61,295 nucleotides of DNA from a virus: the IMG/VR virus record IMGVR_UViG_3300027719_000006; one strand, 5' to 3'. Positions 18,844 to 27,383 of this stretch are shown here, in pieces. Position numbers and translations under genes: made by a program. Position 1 is the stretch's first letter; every line of letters starts with the position of its first letter. The notes beneath the pieces are model-generated. The model had not been told where the DNA came from and did no database searches. It worked only from the letters and a program-made list of their open reading frames with translations.

Positions 18844-19525
18844 TTGTAATTGTACCTTTCTTATACTTGTATATAGTTTCAGCTAATTTCAAATCAAGTG
18901 GTGTAGTAATTTTAATATTTTCTTCTAATCCATTGACTGTTGAAAATTCTTTGTACATCTGATAATAAGTGTATATATCATCTGAGTCATCTTCTCTATT
19001 TTGCATTTTTGCCTCAAGGTGACTATTTATAAGAAGTTCAGTGTTGAATTTTTGAGGCATCTGAACCTCTCCTATTTCGTTTCTATTGAATGCTTCAAAC
19101 CTTGATATTGGAGTAGATGCAGTATATTTTATAGGTGTTACAGCTTCACCATTTTTACAATTAACAGTGTTGAATAATTCTTCTGTAATAAAAGGTCTTA
19201 CTGCCTCAGATATAAAAACATAATCCGAGTTAACTTCTAATAAAGCATTGTATACTGAAAATTGCCTTGTTTCTCCTTCTCCAATTAAAATAAATCTGCT
19301 CATATCAAATTGATATGCTTTCAATATTTCAGAAGTTAATTTCATATCACATGTAACTATGATAATGTTGTCAATATAGTCTATGTTTGTTGCAACTTCC
19401 AAACCATGTATAAATATTGGTTTAAATCCTAATCTAGAAAATTGTTTAGGATATCCTAAATTTGTCCTGAATCCTTTTCCACCCATTAGATAAATTAGAT
19501 CAGCTTTCTCCATTTGTTTCTCCAT
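18836..19525 (-). CDS. IspD/TarI-family sugar-phosphate cytidylyltransferase (about 229 aa)
   Basis: N-terminal LMGGKGFRTNLGYPKQFSRLGFKPIFIHGLE matches the aGG.G.R....PKQf..l.gkPi signature. ATG 19525 has GAGG 9 nt upstream. The track's 19534 and ATG 19513 are alternative starts. Confidence 0.7.
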   Translation of the reverse strand: MEKQMEKADLIYLMGGKGFRTNLGYPKQFSRLGFKPIFIHGLEVATNIDYIDNIIIVTCDMKLTSEILKAYQFDMSRFILIGEGETRQFSVYNALLEVNSDYVFISEAVRPFITEELFNTVNCKNGEAVTPIKYTASTPISRFEAFNRNEIGEVQMPQKFNTELLINSHLEAKMQNREDDSDDIYTYYQMYKEFSTVNGLEENIKITTPLDLKLAETIYKYKKGTITNE

Positions 19526-20957
19526 CAATTTCATCCTCTACTTTGTCTATTTCTTTCTTTTTTGTTCTTGTCTTCTTGACTACATTTTTCTTGAATACTC
19601 TTGTTATATATTCCTCATGCAATCCAAATTCTTTAGTGCAATTGTATTCTTCTATTTGAGTAAAATTATATTGTTCAAAGACATCCTTATAATTTCTTTT
19701 AAATGTTCTACTACCATCTTTTGTTTCAATTTCTATTACTACCAACATTTTACAAGCATATGCTATTTTCTCAAATATCCAATCTGAGTCAGGATGAACA
19801 TGATTAAACACTGCCATGCTTATTCCTAAATCAAATTCATTTTCTGTGAACCCTGTAACTCCGCTTACAAAATGTTCAATAGTTCCATGCATAACATTTA
19901 TAGATTCTGCCATTTCTGAATATTCTTTTTGCATTAGTTTTATTGCGTCCGAATTTAATTCTATTCCAGATAAATTTTTATGTCCTTTTTGGAATAGATA
20001 ATTTAAGTTCCTACCACAGTTACAGCCATATTCTATTATGTTAGATTTTTCTGTAATATATTTTTGTACAATGTTGTACAAGAATTCGCTTCTTTCTGTG
20101 TGTACAATATATTTGTCTGTAGTATTCTTCGAAGGTGGATTTGACCAATATTTTAATGCTTCTTTTAATGTTAATGGAACTATTGTATCTTTCTTAATGC
20201 CTTTATTTTTTAATGCATTGTCAAATGTTTTATCCATTTTAATCCTCTTTTCTTTTAATCTTAATTTATGCAAAAATATTTTTTGTATCTCCCAATCATG
20301 CCTTATCTTAGGAGTCCTAGGTTTTTTATTATCCTTTCTAACTAGTCTCTTTTTACTGTCTTCCCAAAGCCAATCTGGAGATACTGTATATCCACTATTA
20401 TACCCAGTTCCATAGAAGTCACATCCACAAATATATAATTCTTTTAAGGATGTTTGCAGTAAATACACAATGGCTAATGTTGACATGTTTGGGTCTGTAT
20501 TCTCTAGTTTAGCTCTTAGCTTTCTAAGAAAAAATGTTTCTATTGCAACCATTTTAATTTTACTACTTCTTTGTTCGATTAAGTCTGTCAATTTGTCTAT
20601 CATTACTTTTTCAGCTTTTCCACCAGTAATAGGGTTTCTTTTAGATATGAACCACTTTAATTTATTCAACTCCAATGTTTCTATTCTTCCTAGTTTAAGT
20701 TGATTAGCTGCATATTTTAAAGTTGTATTGACTGCTCCTGTGTGAAATAAAACATCTGTTCTGCTGCCTAAATCTACAAATGATTCTTTCTTAATTGGAT
20801 AGCTATTATTTAATCTTACAACTATATCATAGCTATCAATAAACTTGCCCATTCCACTACCATCTAGATACTGAGCTGGTCCAACTATGATAACTTTTTT
20901 ATTGTTTACATATTTGAAAAAGTCTTTTCTATTGCTTACATATTCCATGGCATCCAT
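19500..20957 (-). CDS. two-domain protein: sialyltransferase-like (GT29/GT42-type) nonulosonate transferase fused to a class I SAM methyltransferase (485 aa)
   Basis: N-terminal KKVIIVGPAQYLDGSGMGKFIDSYDIVVRLNNSYP...LGSRTDVLFH resembles sialyl motif L. DPNMSTLAIVYLL..LKELYICGCDFYGTGYN resembles motif S. The C-terminal IIEYGCNCGRNLNYL is SAM motif I. Confidence 0.55.
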   Translation of the reverse strand: MDAMEYVSNRKDFFKYVNNKKVIIVGPAQYLDGSGMGKFIDSYDIVVRLNNSYPIKKESFVDLGSRTDVLFHTGAVNTTLKYAANQLKLGRIETLELNKLKWFISKRNPITGGKAEKVMIDKLTDLIEQRSSKIKMVAIETFFLRKLRAKLENTDPNMSTLAIVYLLQTSLKELYICGCDFYGTGYNSGYTVSPDWLWEDSKKRLVRKDNKKPRTPKIRHDWEIQKIFLHKLRLKEKRIKMDKTFDNALKNKGIKKDTIVPLTLKEALKYWSNPPSKNTTDKYIVHTERSEFLYNIVQKYITEKSNIIEYGCNCGRNLNYLFQKGHKNLSGIELNSDAIKLMQKEYSEMAESINVMHGTIEHFVSGVTGFTENEFDLGISMAVFNHVHPDSDWIFEKIAYACKMLVVIEIETKDGSRTFKRNYKDVFEQYNFTQIEEYNCTKEFGLHEEYITRVFKKNVVKKTRTKKKEIDKVEDEIDGETNGES

Positions 20958-21668
20958 TTACTTTGCCTCCTTTATTAACTTTGCTAAAACATCATCAAAA
21001 TATAATCTATTATCTCTATTTTGTAACTTTTTCAAATAAGACAATTGTATATCTTTAAAATGTCCATTTTTAGGCATAGTAAACGTCATGCTCTTCTCTC
21101 TGACTAGCTTGTTTTGCGAATCATCCCATACCCAACCAGGCGTAATTGTATAAGCTTTGTTATATCCAGTTCCATAGAAATCACAACCACATACATACAA
21201 CGTTTTCAAGTCAGTTTTCAATAAATAATCTATTGCTATGGTTGACATGTTAGGTTCTGTTTTATTCAGTTGTATTCTTAGATTTTCTAGAAATTTTAAC
21301 TCGATAGGAAGTACTTTTATTTGACCAGTTCCATCTTGCTCAATTTCATTTATCAATTTTGTAACATTTGGTGCTTCTGCTTTTCTCTTTGATACATACC
21401 ATCTTATCCCGTCATTATTTAGTGTCTTTACATCTGTAAAAATACCGCCAGTATGGAATAAAATGTCTGTTCTACTTCCTAAATTGCTAAAATCACACAA
21501 AGGATAACTGTTATTCAACCTTATTATTACATCATATTTGTCTATGAACTCGCCATGGTTTGATCTTGATAAATAATCGGCTGGTCCAACTATGATGCAT
21601 TTTTTGTCTCTAACAGTTTTGTTAAAAGTTTCAAAATCTCTAATTGTTCTCATTATTTTTAAAATCAT
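20958..21668 (-). CDS. sialyltransferase-like (GT29/GT42-type) nonulosonate transferase, paralogue of the N-domain of 19500..20957 (236 aa)
   Basis: KKCIIVGPADYLSRSNHGEFIDKYDVIIRLNNSYP..LGSRTDILFH and EPNMSTIAIDYLL..LKTLYVCGCDFYGTGYN align colinearly with the neighbouring gene. The start is uncertain (21668 or 21653). Confidence 0.55.
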   Translation of the reverse strand: MILKIMRTIRDFETFNKTVRDKKCIIVGPADYLSRSNHGEFIDKYDVIIRLNNSYPLCDFSNLGSRTDILFHTGGIFTDVKTLNNDGIRWYVSKRKAEAPNVTKLINEIEQDGTGQIKVLPIELKFLENLRIQLNKTEPNMSTIAIDYLLKTDLKTLYVCGCDFYGTGYNKAYTITPGWVWDDSQNKLVREKSMTFTMPKNGHFKDIQLSYLKKLQNRDNRLYFDDVLAKLIKEAK

Positions 21669-22308
21669 CTCTCATTTCTATTAAATTTATTATGTCTTCG
21701 ACTTTCTTAAAATCGTCCAAGGTGTCTACACTATATTTACCATTTATTACTTTTCCAAAACAATTAACTTCACTTTTTTTATAATTTTTGTTGTTTCTAA
21801 TCCATGGTGTAACATGTTCTCTGTCATATCCCACGGCGAAATCATTTGCAGCAAATAAAGCCTCAATTGTCATAACTTCGACATCTAATCCGCTTGGATA
21901 TCCTTTCAACCCCCTATTCCATGTATAATCATTCTTTTTTTCTATATGTTCTTCTATGACTAAATCTATTATCCATTTAAAGTAAAACAGTAGTGGACAA
22001 TCCGAAGTTATTCTTACTACATTTTCGATTTTGCTATTCTTTTTATATTCTTCAAAGGCTATGCTATAATATCTTTTCAGTACGTCACTACTATCCCCAC
22101 TAAATACCCTTACATTATTAAAATTATCAGTAAATATTTTCGTCTTATCTCCTTCGTCAGGAACAGCTAAAAATACTTTATTTACATATTTAGCTTTGCA
22201 GGCTGCTAGATAAGAGTAATTTGTCATAGGTATATTTAACATTTCCTTCATACATTTTCCTGGGAATCTTGATGATTCTAGTCTTGATTGAATAATTGCT
22301 ATGTTCAT
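21640..22308 (-). CDS. nonulosonate cytidylyltransferase (SpsF/PseF-like, CTP_transf_3), 222 aa
   Basis: N-terminal IAIIQSRLESSRFPGKCMKEM matches the iQaR.gS.RlPgK signature of SpsF-type cytidylyltransferases. Adjacent to the NeuB-like gene. Confidence 0.65.
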   Translation of the reverse strand: MNIAIIQSRLESSRFPGKCMKEMLNIPMTNYSYLAACKAKYVNKVFLAVPDEGDKTKIFTDNFNNVRVFSGDSSDVLKRYYSIAFEEYKKNSKIENVVRITSDCPLLFYFKWIIDLVIEEHIEKKNDYTWNRGLKGYPSGLDVEVMTIEALFAANDFAVGYDREHVTPWIRNNKNYKKSEVNCFGKVINGKYSVDTLDDFKKVEDIINLIEMRDDFKNNENN

Positions 22309-22309
22309 T

Positions 22310-22933
22310 TTACATTATCTCCTTTAGTTGCCTTGGTGTTCTTGCAAATTCGCCACTGTCTAACCCTGTTGTATTCTCTAATTTATAGTGCCATTCTATT
22401 ATTTCAGGCTTATATATATTGTATAACTCAAATGTTGCTGTATGGTCTGATATATTATCGCCTCGCAACATTCCCAAATCTTCATATTCTTTTCGATAAG
22501 CTGGGTAATTAGACACACACCAAAGATGAGTTACTCTTCTTTTAAAATCTACTGAATAACTATATTTGTATGAAGAAATATAAACATCTATATTTTTTGG
22601 AACATGTTTTACAAGGCTATGTAAAGTTTTATTATTTGCTATTTTTACAAATGGTATATTATAATTCAATAAAAATTTTAATGATTCTATGTCAAATACT
22701 GAGGCAGTAACATTGTATCCTAAGTATTTTCCGTATCTATAAGCTAAATCAAATTTATCCATTTCCAAAGGTGTATTTAATCCAGCTGATTTAAACAATT
22801 GCCATTTTATAGTTATTTTAGTTTTGCCTGAGTCTATTTTCTTTAACTCATTGTACATTTCTTTTATTATGTCATCATCATTCAAACAAGTGTTGCCACT
22901 TCCAAAATCTAATACTATCTCTTTAGTCTTCAT
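22310..22933 (-). CDS. NeuB-family nonulosonic acid synthase (PseI/LegI/SpsE-like) TIM-barrel domain only (207 aa, no SAF domain)
   Basis: Motifs KWQLFK, ASVFDIESLKFLLNYNIPFVKIA, LWCVSNYPA and ISDHT, then IEWHYKL. These follow the order of NeuB-family signatures. The protein is short relative to typical family members. Confidence 0.6.
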   Translation of the reverse strand: MKTKEIVLDFGSGNTCLNDDDIIKEMYNELKKIDSGKTKITIKWQLFKSAGLNTPLEMDKFDLAYRYGKYLGYNVTASVFDIESLKFLLNYNIPFVKIANNKTLHSLVKHVPKNIDVYISSYKYSYSVDFKRRVTHLWCVSNYPAYRKEYEDLGMLRGDNISDHTATFELYNIYKPEIIEWHYKLENTTGLDSGEFARTPRQLKEIM

Positions 22934-24008
22934 CTTCCTGTCTCCTTAAAAACATATTTATCGAGTCAGCAATACCATTTCTGAGATAGAATTTTAATCC
23001 AACAAATAATGGTATAGAAACTATTATGTCTTTTATTAGTTCTGTATTTTTGCAATTTTCTTTTGATTGGTCTGTGTAATCTGAATAATATTGATTTTCA
23101 TAGATAGGTCTATAGTGAACTCCACAATTTATATTATTAGTTTTCATATATTCTATAAATTCCTGCCTATCTTTCATCTTTATGACAAATAAATGGTTGG
23201 CATGATTATTTTCTTTTTTGAGTAAGATTTCTTTAGGAAGTTTTCTTCTGTATTCTTGTGCTTGTTCTTCTCTCCTATTAAGGAATAAACCGATTTTCTT
23301 TAACTGGGATATCCCTAAAGCCGCTTGCATTTCATTCATTCGATAATTATATCCTAGTATAGTTTGTGTAAATCCATCATACCTTCCATGATTTATAAAC
23401 GCTTTAATATATAAATATGTTTCAAAATCATTAGTTAGACACATTCCACCTTCTCCAGTTGTGATATTTTTAACTGGATGAAATGAATAGCATGTTATAT
23501 GAGAATATTCTTTGTCATTGCAGCTACTTGTCAAGGCTCCTACTGAATGACAGGCATCTGAAATTAACTTTAAGTTATATTTATCGCATAGTTCATTTAG
23601 CTTTATATAATTACACATTTGTCCAGCATAATCCATAGCTATCACTGCTTTTGTCAACGGAGTTATAAGTTTTTCTATGTTGTCTATATCTATTAACAAT
23701 GTGTTAATATTTACATCTGCAAATACTGGTACACAGTCGCAATACTTGACACAATTCGCAGTAGCCAAAAATGATAATCCTGGAACTATTACTTCGCTGT
23801 CTTTTTCTAAATTTAATGAACTTATTGCAGAGTGTAAAGCAGCTGTCCCAGATGACATTGCTATGGCATACTTGTAACCAGTATATTCACACATTTGTTC
23901 TTCGAATTGTAAAACTTTTGTACCTTGTGTTAAAAAATCAGAATTCATCACATTTGTAACTGCTTCTGTATCATTGTAATCTATCCATTGCTTTCCATAG
24001 TTAATCAT
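22923..24008 (-). CDS. DegT/DnrJ/EryC1-type PLP aminotransferase (PseC/SpsC-like), 361 aa
   Basis: Motifs FLTQGTKVLQFEE, MSSGTAALHSAI and the PLP-lysine context YSFHPVKNITTGEGGMC. Confidence 0.8.
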   Translation of the reverse strand: MINYGKQWIDYNDTEAVTNVMNSDFLTQGTKVLQFEEQMCEYTGYKYAIAMSSGTAALHSAISSLNLEKDSEVIVPGLSFLATANCVKYCDCVPVFADVNINTLLIDIDNIEKLITPLTKAVIAMDYAGQMCNYIKLNELCDKYNLKLISDACHSVGALTSSCNDKEYSHITCYSFHPVKNITTGEGGMCLTNDFETYLYIKAFINHGRYDGFTQTILGYNYRMNEMQAALGISQLKKIGLFLNRREEQAQEYRRKLPKEILLKKENNHANHLFVIKMKDRQEFIEYMKTNNINCGVHYRPIYENQYYSDYTDQSKENCKNTELIKDIIVSIPLFVGLKFYLRNGIADSINMFLRRQEDED

Positions 24009-24966
24009 TTATAATATTCCTCATTTCATCAACCGTATAAAATAGATCTTCGTTGTCTGATGTGTAATTTAAAATACTGTGTTCTTTTATATTTTTTACA
24101 GATTCTTTATTTTTATATACAACAAAATAATTTTCGAATTCTTCAGTTCTAATTGATTCATCTTCTGAAATTAATATTTCATTTATCTTTTCGCCTTGTC
24201 TAGTACCAACAAACTTAATTTTTATATTAGGATTTATTGCTTCTACTAACTCAGTTATTTTCATTGATTTTATTTTAGGTATGAATATCTCTCCACCTTT
24301 CATATTCATCAATGCAAATATAACTATATCTATCGCCTGTTCAATCTTCATGAAAAACCTAGTCATATCTTTATCTGTAACATTAACTATATTTTTATCA
24401 ATTATTTGTTGTTTGAATTTTGGTATAACTGAACCTCTAGAACTTAGTACATTTCCATATCTAACACATGACATAGTTGTATATTTTGTAGAATAGCAAT
24501 TACCATTAATAAATATTTTCTCAAGACACATTTTAGTGCCTCCGTATAAATTTATAGGGTTAACTGCCTTATCTGTGCTTAATGCTACAACTTTTCTGAC
24601 CTTGCAATCTATAGCAGCATTTGCGACATTCATTGCTCCGAGTATATTTGTTTGTATTGCTTCGAATGGATTATCTTCGCAGGATGGAACTTGCTTTTGA
24701 GCAGCTGCATGTATAACAAAATCTATGTCATAAAATGCTCTTTTAAGTCTTTGGTAATCTTTTATATCTCCAATTAAGAAAGAAATCTTGATGCTATTTC
24801 CAAACTCTTCTCTCATCAAATCTTGTTTGAATTCATCCCTGCTATAAATGTATATCTGTTGTACATCATAATTATCTAGCAAGTATCTTGTAAATGCTTT
24901 GCCAAATGTACCAGTTCCACCAGTTATTAAAATCCTTTTGCCGTTCAGTATATTTGTATTTATCAT
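24001..24966 (-). CDS. UDP-GlcNAc 4,6-dehydratase (PseB/FlaA1/CapD/SpsM family), 321 aa
   Basis: Motifs ILITGGTGTFGKAF, YSRDEFKQ, STDKAVNPINLYGGTK and VRYGNVLSSRGSVIPKF are the hallmarks of Polysacc_synt_2. Confidence 0.85.
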   Translation of the reverse strand: MINTNILNGKRILITGGTGTFGKAFTRYLLDNYDVQQIYIYSRDEFKQDLMREEFGNSIKISFLIGDIKDYQRLKRAFYDIDFVIHAAAQKQVPSCEDNPFEAIQTNILGAMNVANAAIDCKVRKVVALSTDKAVNPINLYGGTKMCLEKIFINGNCYSTKYTTMSCVRYGNVLSSRGSVIPKFKQQIIDKNIVNVTDKDMTRFFMKIEQAIDIVIFALMNMKGGEIFIPKIKSMKITELVEAINPNIKIKFVGTRQGEKINEILISEDESIRTEEFENYFVVYKNKESVKNIKEHSILNYTSDNEDLFYTVDEMRNIIND

Positions 24967-24977
24967 GTTTTTCTCCT

Positions 24978-25021
24978 AAAAAAATATTCTGTATATGTAT
25001 AATCATACAGAATATTTTTTA
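24978..25021. terminator. 12-bp perfect hairpin (terminator and/or operator) just upstream of the dehydratase gene
   Basis: Stem aatattctgtat (24983..24994) / atacagaatatt (25005..25016), with an A-run before and a T-run after. It splits the island into two transcription units. Confidence 0.65.
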
Positions 25022-25040
25022 AAAAACTCAAAATATAATT

Positions 25041-25373
25041 TTAAAAATTATCTATTCTGAAAATTCTTTTTGAGTCTTCGTTTAATTTTTGTTTTATGAA
25101 TAACAATTCTTCTAATGAAAAATATGTTATTGAATCTTTGCTCTTGCCTCCAAGGCTACATATTTTATTACAAAGTGTGCCTTTAGTTATTTTTAACTCA
25201 GTAGCTAACTGTTTTAGAGATATTTGATTTTCTTTTAACTGGTCTCTTAGGCAATCACTATCAATGATATAATTTAAATCAGCCAAATTAGATAAATATA
25301 TAATATCTTCAATAGTTATATTTTTAAATAATTCTAATCGTTCTGATATTGTTAACTTATTTTTTTTCTTCAT
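25041..25373 (-). CDS. small HTH protein (110 aa)
   Basis: ISLKQLATELKITKGTLCNKI looks like a helix-turn-helix. Overlaps the GNAT gene by 17 nt. Confidence 0.5.
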   Translation of the reverse strand: MKKKNKLTISERLELFKNITIEDIIYLSNLADLNYIIDSDCLRDQLKENQISLKQLATELKITKGTLCNKICSLGGKSKDSITYFSLEELLFIKQKLNEDSKRIFRIDNF

Positions 25374-25905
25374 AACTCATATAAAAATCAAACTTATTAA
25401 TATTAAAATATAAACTATCCCAAAACTCATGGTCATAAAATTTTCTTGAAGGTAACAATGTTTTATAACCTTTATATTTATCGGCTATCTTCTCCCAAAA
25501 TTTTATAGCTGGCTTATTGCACTTGTAACATTCACCATAAATATTAGTTAAATGCATATTTCCAAATGCATGTTTAAGCAAGCACTCGACCGATTCAGTT
25601 CCATAACCTTTTCCAGTATATTCAGGATTAACTATTAATGATATCTCTGCTATAGAGTTTTCATATTCTATGTTTGTGATTCCTCCAAATGCAACAAATT
25701 CAGCATTATGATAAAACCCCTCAGCAATGCTCTCTATTGCAAAATATCTATGTTTACTATTTCTATTAGATATAACTTCTTTATAAAATTTTTCTTGCAT
25801 TTCAGTACTTGTAAAATATGGGGTTCTAAGTGTTTCTATTTTGTCATTTCTCCATTTTATTATATCTATACAATGTCCTAACTCTACACTAGCTAATTTA
25901 ATCAT
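25357..25905 (-). CDS. GNAT N-acetyltransferase (PseH/SpsD-like), 182 aa
   Basis: N-terminal ...IDIIKWRNDKIETLR resembles PseH-type proteins. GNAT core LIVNPEYTGKGYGTESVECLLKHAF. RBS gaggaga. Confidence 0.7.
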   Translation of the reverse strand: MIKLASVELGHCIDIIKWRNDKIETLRTPYFTSTEMQEKFYKEVISNRNSKHRYFAIESIAEGFYHNAEFVAFGGITNIEYENSIAEISLIVNPEYTGKGYGTESVECLLKHAFGNMHLTNIYGECYKCNKPAIKFWEKIADKYKGYKTLLPSRKFYDHEFWDSLYFNINKFDFYMSYEEKK

Positions 25906-25915
25906 TTTTATCTCC

Positions 25916-26164
25916 TCATTTCAAAAATCCAATTAAAATACCAATTATGGCAGATACAAGTGTTGAAATAGCTATAATCTTTTTAGTTTCAGATTCAGCC
26001 TTTTTAATTTCTAAATCATATTTAGTTTTAAATGAACATTCGCCCTGTTTCTGACTACATTCATTTTTAGTCATCATCACATCAATGACATGGTCTAATT
26101 TTGACTCTACTCTATTGACACTATTTGTTAGTATTCTAATTGCTTCTAGTTCTCCAACACTCAT
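25916..26164 (-). CDS. small C-terminally membrane-anchored protein (82 aa), XhlA/holin-like architecture
   Basis: Coiled-coil N-terminus plus a single C-terminal TM segment (IIAISTLVSAIIGILIGFL). RBS aagagg. The family call is tentative. Confidence 0.4.
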   Translation of the reverse strand: MSVGELEAIRILTNSVNRVESKLDHVIDVMMTKNECSQKQGECSFKTKYDLEIKKAESETKKIIAISTLVSAIIGILIGFLK

Positions 26165-26205
26165 ATAATACCTCTTTCACTGTTCTTCTTATGTTTTGTA
26201 TAACA

Positions 26206-27372
26206 TTAACTTATTTGCTCTCTTGCATAATTTCTATTCAAATATCTATTTTTATTAAGATGTTCTCTTTGTACCTTTTGCCATTCTCTAACTTTATCAT
26301 TCATTGCTTTTTTATCTCTATCAGTTAATTGTACATCTTTGAGTCTTTTGTATTTTCTTATCTGTCTTTCATTATATCGTTGCCTTTGTTGTTGCTGATA
26401 AGTATATTTCTGAGCTTCCTCATATCCCATATCATTTATTAATTTTCTTTCTGCATAATCTATACTGGCGTTAACTTTATCTGTATGTTCCAAGTATACC
26501 GACATACCATGCTTGCAATTTGGATGAAATAACCCGTCTAATATTGCTTCATCTACTGTTTTGTATCCTGGAATAGGTTGAATGGAAAGTATCTCGCCTT
26601 CAAATTGAGCGCAAACATCACAACTTCTAAAATGTGCTGTAATTTGTACTAGTTCATACCCTCCCTCTTGAAATGCGTTTAGTGAACCCTGTAATGAAGC
26701 CCTACCTGACATTGTTCGACCTACCATTTCGCAATATGTGTCTAAGGAATGTTTTGCACCATTTTTATATGTTATACTTTGCAATCCAGCTTTGGCATAG
26801 TTATTTAATAGTCTCTGTGAAAATTGTTTTCTTGTCATTACATTTCCTTCTATAAATTCACTTGTTCCTGTTTCAATGGCTATTTTTCTAAATAAATCGT
26901 CAGTTGTTCGAATAATTTGAATACCTGTGCCATCCCATGTATTAATTGCCGCTTCTCTGAAAATATTATAAAATCTAATATGATTCTTGTATTCAGTAAA
27001 TTCAGATGTTATTTTAATCGGAATAGTTGTATTAGTTGGTGCTGTATGTTTAATTAAAGATGAACCATTTTTTATATCAGCAACTACAGGTGAACTTAAA
27101 CCATTTTGTAATAATTGTTTTTGGGCATCTTTTATTCCAATTAAATAAGAATCTGCTATGCCATAATTTGACCACTTTTTAGCATCTTGCTCAAATTTTA
27201 CAGCAATCTTTTTCACTTCTTTTTCATAAAACATTCTTATTCTTGAGATATCCCCTGGGTTTTTAATAAGTCTTTCATTAACATTTTTAAGCAATACACC
27301 TATTCCAAAAACAACTTCCTCAGAGGCTAATATCAAGTCATCAGCTAAATATTCATAAGTTCCAGCATCCAT
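26206..27372 (-). CDS. minor head protein, SPP1 gp7 / Mu F-like (about 388 aa)
   Basis: Follows the portal gene. Motifs CDVCAQFEGEILS and HPNCKH. The tracked start 27381 is a GTG inside the RBS ggtga; ATG 27372 follows it by 5 nt. Confidence 0.8.
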   Translation of the reverse strand: MDAGTYEYLADDLILASEEVVFGIGVLLKNVNERLIKNPGDISRIRMFYEKEVKKIAVKFEQDAKKWSNYGIADSYLIGIKDAQKQLLQNGLSSPVVADIKNGSSLIKHTAPTNTTIPIKITSEFTEYKNHIRFYNIFREAAINTWDGTGIQIIRTTDDLFRKIAIETGTSEFIEGNVMTRKQFSQRLLNNYAKAGLQSITYKNGAKHSLDTYCEMVGRTMSGRASLQGSLNAFQEGGYELVQITAHFRSCDVCAQFEGEILSIQPIPGYKTVDEAILDGLFHPNCKHGMSVYLEHTDKVNASIDYAERKLINDMGYEEAQKYTYQQQQRQRYNERQIRKYKRLKDVQLTDRDKKAMNDKVREWQKVQREHLNKNRYLNRNYAREQIS

Positions 27373-27383
27373 TTTTATCACCT

